64,000 nt of DNA from Proteromonas lacertae. Taxonomy: Eukaryota. Below are positions 56,501 to 64,000 of the stretch, one piece after another. How positions within the stretch are numbered: position 1 is the stretch's first letter; each line of letters opens with the position of its first letter. The position numbers were made by a program, and so were the translations under genes. The DNA is taken from contig NGBS01000002.1 of assembly GCA_002245135.1 (NCBI GenBank), forward strand, positions 1 to 64,000, read 5' to 3'. The notes below the pieces were generated by a model. The model worked only from the letters and a program-made list of their open reading frames with translations. It made no database searches and was not told the DNA's origin.

Positions 56501-59500
56501 AATTTTAATTGAAAGTAGTAATGGTCCAATATTAATAGAAGGTGGAAATGGTAAAACAAATGGTGGTTCTATATTTTTGAAAACTGGCAGTGCAACATAC
56601 ACTGGTTCAATAAGTATTATAACTAAAAATCACATTGATATATATCATTATAATTCAAATGAAATTGGAGGTGATGTAAATATAAAATCATCTGATAGAC
56701 TGTTGTTAAAAACAAATTATAATGATAATAGTACTACTAAATCTGGTTCTATATTTGTTCAAAGTGAAAATAAAGGTATAATAATAATAAGATCATCAAC
56801 AATATCTGTTCTACCATCTGCAGCTACAACATTATCTTCATCTTTATTCTTCAAAACTGGTAGTGGTAAAAATTCTGGATCAATATCTATTTTAAGTGAA
56901 AATATTAAATTGAATGTATTAAATGATAATAGTAATGACAGTTCTGGTAGTATTAGTTTACTAGGTAAAGGTATTAATGTAGTAACAGGAGATGCAGGTA
57001 ATAGTAGCAATAGCGGATTAATAAAAATATTATCAGGAAGTGGAAATACGTCAGGATCAATATTTTTAGATTCTGAAACAATGAACGTAAATGGTGGAAA
57101 TGGTAAGACAACTGCAGGTAGTATATTTATACAGTCATATACAGAAGGAAGTATTTCATTAATAAGTTCCTTAATAAACTTGAAAACATCCGATTCAAGT
57201 AGTACTGTTGGTTCAATCAATATATCTGGTAAAAATGTGAAACTGGAAAGTGGTGAAAGTAAAACCATTGATATAATAAGTGGAAATGGTGTTAACGAAG
57301 GTGGTTCAATTTTGATAGGTAAAGATAGTTCAAGTGGTTCAATCGATATAATAAGTGGAAATGGATTAACGAATGGTGGTTTAATAAAAATGTCCAGTGG
57401 AAATGGTTCAACGAGTGGAATGATCGAATTAAAATCTTCAAAATATCTTGAGATATCGAGTGATGTAAATAGTGCAACAAATGGAAATAATATAAAAATG
57501 TCGAGTGGAAGTGGTTCAACAAGTGGTTTGATCGAAATATCTGGAAATGAAAATGGAATATTTATAAAAAGTGGATCTGGAAGTTCAAAGAGTGGATCAA
57601 TCGAACTATCTAGTAGTACAATAAATATCTCAGTAGGTGATAGTTCCAAAACAAGTGGTTCAATATTAATAGAAAGTGGAAGTGGATTAAATAAAAGTAA
57701 AATCGAATTAAATAGTGGAACAATAAATATAGAAAGTAATGGAAATAAAGATAATAAAAATACAAGTGGATCAATAATGATAAAAAGTGGAAAAGGAAGT
57801 TCAACAGGTGGTTCAATATTTTTAAATGGTGGAAAATTAATGGAAATGTCAAGTGGTTCAAGTAGTGGCAATAGTGGAAGTATTGTAATATCAACCGAAT
57901 CAAGTGGTAAAATCGACTTATTGAGTAAAAATTTAATCGAATTAAAAAGTGGTGAAATGATAAAGATTGAAAATGGAAGTGAAGATGAAAATGGTTCAAT
58001 AAGTTTAAATAGTTCGAATGAGATAAAATTATCAAGTGGAAATGGTAGTTCAACAGGTGGTTCAATCAAATTATCTGTGAGTAAAAGTGGTTCAATAATG
58101 TTATTAGGAAAAGATATACTAATAAAGAATGAAGACAATAATACAAATGGATCAGGAATTGAAATTTTATCTAAAAGATTGAATGTAGAAAGTGGAAATG
58201 GAAAAAGTGGAAGTAATATTGAAATGAAATCTGTATCTGGAACTATCTTAATGGAAAGTAGTAATGGTATAATAAGTATAAAAGGTGGAAGTAGTGAAAA
58301 TACTGGTGGTTTAATAAAAATTGATAGTGAAAACAGATTAAAAATATCCAGTGGTTCAAGTGTTTCTACAAGTGGATCAGTTGAGATAAAAAGTGGAGAT
58401 GGAAATACTGTAGGTTCAATCTCTATATCTGGAAGTACAATATTATTGAATAGTGGAAATGGTGTAATAACAGGTGGAAGTATAGAAATCAATAGTGGAT
58501 CTGGAAGTTCAGAAGGTGGTTCAATAGAATTATCAAGTGGTTCAATAACAATATCAATAGATGGTAAAGCGGGAAGTACAAGTGGTTTTATAAAGATATC
58601 TAGTGGAAGTTCCTTAAATGGTGGATCGATAGTATTAAATGGAAATACGTTGAATATATTTAGTGTAAGTGGTGAAACAGAAAGTGGTTCAATCTCGATA
58701 ATGAGTGGAAATGGAGATAGTGAAAGTGGTTCAATAAGATTAAGTAGTGGTTCAATCAATATAAAAAGTGAAAAAGATGTAAAAATGAAAAGTGGAGATG
58801 GTTCAAAATCTATAGGTTCATTTTATGTAAGTGGAAATACAATAAATCTAAAAGGAAGTAGAATCGAAATGCGTAGTAATGATGGTTCATCTTCAAGTGG
58901 CTTAATAAAGTTATTAAGTGAAACCGAAATGAATATTGAAATGGATGGAAAAATCGAAATGACAGGAGGAAGTGGTACAAGTACAGGTGGTTCAATAAAC
59001 ATAGAAAGTGGATCAATTTCTATAATAAGTGGAAGTGGTTCAACAGTGGGAAGTATATTATTAAAAGGTGGAAGTGGAACAATTACAGGAGGTTCAATTG
59101 TATTAGAAAGTGAAAAAAATGGAAGTATTTCATTATTAAGTTCCTTAATAAACTTGAAAACATCCGATTCAAGTAGTACTGTTGGTTCAATCAATATATC
59201 TGGTAAAAATGTGAAACTGGAAAGTGGTGAAAGTAAAACCATTGATATAATAAGTGGAAATGGTGTTAACGAAGGTGGTTCAATTTTGATAGGTAAAGAT
59301 AGTTCAAGTGGTTCAATCGATATAATAAGTGGAAATGGATTAACGAATGGTGGTTTAATAAAAATGTCCAGTGGAAATGGTTCAACGAGTGGAATGATCG
59401 AATTAAAATCTTCAAAATATCTTGAGATATCGAGTGATGAAAATATTGCAACAAATGGAAATAATATAAAAATGTCGAGTGGAAGTGGTTCAACAAGTGG

Positions 59501-62500
59501 TTTGATCGAAATATCTGGAAATGAAAATGGAATATTTATAAAAAGTGGATCTGGAAGTTCAAAGAGTGGATCAATCGAACTATCTAGTAGTACAATAAAT
59601 ATCTCAGTAGGTGATAGTTCCAAAACAAGTGGTTCAATATTAATAGAAAGTGGAAGTGGATTAAATAAAAGTAAAATCGAATTAAATAGTGGAACAATAA
59701 ATATAGAAAGTAATGGAAATAAAGATAATAAAAATACAAGTGGATCAATAATGATAAAAAGTGGAAAAGGAAGTTCAACAGGTGGTTCAATATTTTTAAA
59801 TGGTGGAAAATTAATGGAAATGTCAAGTGGTTCAAGTAGTGGCAATAGTGGAAGTATTGTAATATCAACCGAATCAAGTGGTAAAATCGACTTATTGAGT
59901 AAAAATTTAATCGAATTAAAAAGTGGTGAAATGATAAAGATTGAAAATGGAAGTGAAGATGAAAATGGTTCAATAAGTTTAAATAGTTCGAATGAGATAA
60001 AATTATCAAGTGGAAATGGTAGTTCAACAGGTGGTTCAATCAAATTATCTGTGAGTAAAAGTGGTTCAATAATGTTATTAGGAAAAGATATACTAATAAA
60101 GAATGAAGACAATAATACAAATGGATCAGGAATTGAAATTTTATCTAAAAGATTGAATGTAGAAAGTGGAAATGGAAAAAGTGGAAGTAATATTGAAATG
60201 AAATCTGTATCTGGAACTATCTTAATGGAAAGTAGTAATGGTATAATAAGTATAAAAGGTGGAAGTAGTGAAAATTCTGGTGGTTTAATAAAAATTGATA
60301 GTGAAAACGGATTAAAAATATCCAGTGGTTCAAGTGTTTCTACAAGTGGATCAGTTGAGATAAAAAGTGGAGATGGAAATACTGTAGGTTCAATCTCTAT
60401 ATCTGGAAGTACAATATTATTGAATAGTGGAAATGGTGTAATAACAGGTGGAAGTATAGAAATCAATAGTGGATCTGGAAGTTCAGAAGGTGGTTCAATA
60501 GAATTATCAAGTGGTTCAATAACAATATCAATAGATGGTAAAGCGGGAAGTACAAGTGGTTTTATAAAGATATCTAGTGGAAGTTCCTTAAATGGTGGAT
60601 CGATAGTATTAAATGGAAATACGTTGAATATATTTAGTGTAAGTGGTGAAACAGAAAGTGGTTCAATCTCGATAATGAGTGGAAATGGAGATAGTGAAAG
60701 TGGTTCAATAAGATTAAGTAGTGGTTCAATCAATATAAAAAGTGAAAAAGATGTAAAAATGAAAAGTGGAGATGGTTCAAAATCTATAGGTTCATTTTAT
60801 GTAAGTGGAAATACAATAAATCTAAAAGGAAGTAGAATCGAAATGCGTAGTAATGATGGTTCATCTTCAAGTGGCTTAATAAAGTTATTAAGTGAAACCG
60901 AAATGAATATTGAAATGGATGGAAAAATCGAAATGACAGGAGGAAGTGGTACAAGTACAGGTGGTTCAATAAACATAGAAAGTGGATCAATTTCTATAAT
61001 AAGTGGAAGTGGTTCAACAGTGGGAAGTATATTATTAAAAGGTGGAAGTGGAACAATTACAGGAGGTTCAATTGTATTAGAAAGTGAAAAAAATGGAAGT
61101 ATTTCATTATTAAGTTCCTTAATAAACTTGAAAACATCCGATTCAAGTAGTACTGTTGGTTCAATCAATATATCTGGTAAAAATGTGAAACTGGAAAGTG
61201 GTGAAAGTAAAACCATTGATATAATAAGTGGAAATGGTGTTAACGAAGGTGGTTCAATTTTGATAGGTAAAGATAGTTCAAGTGGTTCAATCGATATAAT
61301 AAGTGGAAATGGATTAACGAATGGTGGTTTAATAAAAATGTCCAGTGGAAATGGTTCAACGAGTGGAATGATCGAATTAAAATCTTCAAAATATCTTGAG
61401 ATATCTAGTGATGAAAATATTGCAACAAATGGAAATAATATAAAAATGTCGAGTGGAAGTGGTTCAACAAGTGGTTTGATCGAAATATCTGGAAATGAAA
61501 ATGGAATATTTATAAAAAGTGGATCTGGAAGTTCAAAGAGTGGATCAATCGAACTATCTAGTAGTACAATAAATATCTCAGTAGGTGATAGTTCCAAAAC
61601 AAGTGGTTCAATATTAATAGAAAGTGGAAGTGGATTAAATAAAAGTAAAATCGAATTAAATAGTGGAACAATAAATATAGAAAGTAATGGAAATAAAGAT
61701 AATAAAAATACAAGTGGATCAATAATGATAAAAAGTAAAAATAATTATGTCAATAATCATGGTTTAGATAAAGTTAATATCTTAACTGGTAATAGTGAGA
61801 ATACATCCGGATCAATATTTTTAAGTGGAGGTAATCTTAATATTCGTACTAAAGATAGTGATAGTACTAGTGGAGAAATATTTATAACTACAGGTGGAGT
61901 TAAAGAAGCAGGATCTATTAATTTCAATTCTAACACACTTAATATATTTATTGGTAGTGGTAATACAGTAGGTGATATATTAATTCAAACAAAAGGTGAT
62001 AAATCTACAAGTGGTGATATTACTATTGGTAGTGATGATAAAACTTTAATTAGTTCAAATACAATTATAATAATGACAGGAAGTGGTTCAACAGTGGGAA
62101 GTATATTATTAAAAGGTGGAAGTGGAACAATTACAGGAGGTTCAATTGTATTAGAAAGTGAAAAAAATGGAAGTATTTCATTATTAAGTTCCTTAATAAA
62201 CTTGAAAACATCCGATTCAAGTAGTACTGTTGGTTCAATCAATATATCTGGTAAAAATGTGAAACTGGAAAGTGGTGAAAGTAAAACCATTGATATAATA
62301 AGTGGAAATGGTGTTAACGAAGGTGGTTCAATTTTGATAGGTAAAGATAGTTCAAGTGGTTCAATCGATATAATAAGTGGAAATGGATTAACGAATGGTG
62401 GTTTAATAAAAATGTCCAGTGGAAATGGTTCAACGAGTGGAATGATCGAATTAAAATCTTCAAAATATCTTGAGATATCTAGTGATGAAAATATTGCAAC

Positions 62501-64000
62501 AAATGGAAATAATATAAAAATGTCGAGTGGAAGTGGTTCAACAAGTGGTTTGATCGAAATATCTGGAAATGAAAATGGAATATTTATAAAAAGTGGATCT
62601 GGAAGTTCAAAGAGTGGATCAATCGAACTATCTAGTAGTACAATAAATATCTCAGTAGGTGATAGTTCCAAAACAAGTGGTTCAATATTAATAGAAAGTG
62701 GAAGTGGATTAAATAAAAGTAAAATCGAATTAAATAGTGGAACAATAAATATAGAAAGTAATGGAAATAAAGATAATAAAAATACAAGTGGATCAATAAT
62801 GATAAAAAGTGGAAATGGAAGTTCAACAGGTGGTTCAATATTTTTAAATGGTGGAAAATTAATGGAAATGTCAAGTGGTTCAAGTAGTGGCAATAGTGGA
62901 AGTATTGTAATATCAACCGAATCAAGTGGTAAAATCGACTTATTGAGTAAAAATTTAATCGAATTAAAAAGTGGTGAAATGATAAAGATTGAAAATGGAA
63001 GTGAAGATGAAAATGGTTCAATAAGTTTAAATAGTTCGAATGAGATAAAATTATCAAGTGGAAATGGTAGTTCAACAGGTGGTTCAATCAAATTATCTGT
63101 GAGTAAAAGTGGTTCAATAATGTTATTAGGAAAAGATATACTAATAAAGAATGACGAAAATAGTACAAATGGATCAGGAATTGAAATTTTATCTAAAAGA
63201 TTGAATGTAGAAAGTGGAAATGGAAAAAGTGGAAGTAATATTGAAATGAAATCTGTATCTGGAACTATCTTAATGGAAAGTAGTAATGGTATAATAAGTA
63301 TAAAAGGTGGAAGTAGTGAAAATACTGGTGGAAAAATAATAATCGAAACAGGAAATTCTTCTGAATCTGGTTCAATATTTGTTGAAGTTGTCAATGATAT
63401 AAACATTGAACAAGGTAGTTCTACAAATGCTGGTAATATTATATTTAACAGCGAAACTACTGATGGAGGAAGTATTGAAATAATTGGTGGAGTAAAAGGC
63501 GTTTCTATTGCTACTAATGTTGGAAGTAGTAAATCTGGCTCTATTTTATTATCTGGTGGAAGCAATATTAATATCAAAACTGGAGACTCTACTACTGCTG
63601 GTAGTGTCTCATTTAGTAATAGTAATGGTAATATACTACTAAATTCTAAGAAAATAGAAGTTATAACAAAATCAGGATCGGACAGTTCTGGAAGTATTTT
63701 ATTAAATAGTAATTCAATTAATATTGACAGTAATACATTAACTTTAGCTACAGGAAATAGTGAAACTAGCAGTGGATCAATATATATAAAAACTGAAGAT
63801 ACCAATACTGTTGGTAGTATATTACTACAAGGACATTCCACTTCTATTCAAGTTTCTGATACAGGAAGTATTTCATTATTAAGTTCCTTAATAAACTTGA
63901 AAACATCCGATTCGAGTAGTACTGTTGGTTCAATCAATATATCTGGTAAAAATGTGAAACTGGAAAGTGGTGAAAGTAAAACCATTGATATAATAAGTGG
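23597..64000 (+). CDS. Giant predicted secreted Gly/Ser-repeat fibre-like protein with PSI-like head and internal Peptidase_S74/ICA autocleavage domain (>13,400 aa, 3' partial)
   Basis: ATG 23597 with a signal peptide, introns 23728-23760 and 23910-23949, then ORFs 23962-51666 and 51605-53920 and a frame from 53811 with no stop seen up to 64000. The frames are joined by single extra bases at ~23965, ~51630 and ~53810. The latter two are absent from sister repeat copies. Confidence 0.8.
23689..24100 (+). other. Two PSI (plexin/semaphorin/integrin)-like Cys-rich domains
   Basis: Spliced sequence CTEYS...QCSNCTSHVGCGYCLSTMTCISG...CP...SCP and DCGYMISCDKCAADTECAWCASEKICM...GC...CP, matching the C..C.....C.(W/Y)C.....C PSI pattern. 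Confidence 0.75.
32023..36896 (+). repeat. Intragenic direct duplication: 32023-34352 and 34567-36896 (~2330 bp, period 2544 bp = 848 codons)
   Basis: Identical text in both copies where compared, and identical antisense ORFs offset by 2544 (32843/35387, 33372/35916, 33911/36455). A 214-bp unique in-frame spacer separates the copies. Confidence 0.95.
38764..39093 (+). other. Intramolecular chaperone autocleavage (ICA / Peptidase_S74) domain, MYRF-like
   Basis: YP-SDRRIKENIETINVDDMLQRLMSLKIKSYTY...RGVIAQEVNQTFPEYI...FLEVNKIRMAVDELAALQAIYKR. It carries the S-D-x-R-x-K dyad motif, the G-x-I-A-Q-E-V motif and a terminal amphipathic helix typical of S74 domains. Confidence 0.9.
48451..54207 (+). 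repeat. Mosaic intragenic repeat family with a 1314-bp (438 aa) unit and partial/shuffled copies
   Basis: The unit start agttctatagtaggttcaatc recurs at 48451, 49765, 51406, 52346 and 53660. Full units at 48451-49764 and 52346-53659. A ~300-bp sub-module recurs at ~51630 and ~53886. Confidence 0.93.
55275..64000 (+). repeat. Second mosaic intragenic repeat family (core ~1.1-1.2 kb, periods 1758 and 1974 bp), at least 6 full or partial copies
   Basis: Copies start at ~55275, 57147, 59007, 60981, 62079 and 63864. Antisense ORF twins are offset by 1758 (55534/57292) and 1974 (57292/59266, 58810/60784). Unique spacers at ~56468-57146, 61737-62078 and 63332-63863. Confidence 0.93.

Noticed and set aside
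24046..63841. Dozens of long minus-strand ORFs (up to 666 aa, Pro/Leu/Ile- or His-rich) opposite the giant gene
   Set aside because: Antisense shadows of the Gly/Ser/Ile codon-biased repeat frame. They repeat with the same periods as the cassettes and have no independent protein features.
32023..64000. Kb-scale direct repeats as transposon LTRs, a prophage or a CRISPR-like array
   Set aside because: All lie in frame within one CDS. I see no transposase/RT/integrase or phage structural genes, no terminal inverted repeats, and no short constant repeat-spacer pattern.

Overview
AT-rich, very compact eukaryotic genomic DNA with tiny GT-AG introns (about 25-50 nt) and intergenic gaps of 70-400 bp. 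The intron size and TGTTTGTT motifs just after some stop codons suggest Blastocystis or a related opalinatan stramenopile (inference only). The first 23 kb holds housekeeping genes: the 3' end of a Bdp1-like SANT/Myb gene, two poorly resolved hypothetical genes, an eIF4G-like MIF4G+MA3 protein, glutaminyl-tRNA synthetase, ER HSP90 (GRP94), a BTB/BACK + ARM-like protein, a PDP-like PP2C phosphatase, a PAP2 lipid phosphatase, phosphoacetylglucosamine mutase and 2-oxoglutarate dehydrogenase E1. The remaining ~40 kb (23597 to beyond 64000) appears to be ONE gene for a giant protein (>13,400 aa, still open at the window edge) that is predicted to be secreted. It has a signal peptide, two PSI-like Cys domains and ~4,800 aa of Gly/Ser-rich 'SGxIxIxxG' beta-solenoid-like repeats. 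These are followed by a MYRF/phage-tailspike-type intramolecular chaperone autocleavage domain (Peptidase_S74, P-S-D-R-R-I-K) and >8,000 aa more repeats. Near-identical kb-scale DNA modules occur on both sides of that domain and are shuffled in the distal part. Three single-base insertions split this frame in the ORF track and look like sequencing errors. This candidate self-cleaving, phage-fibre-like trimeric surface filament is the main discovery.
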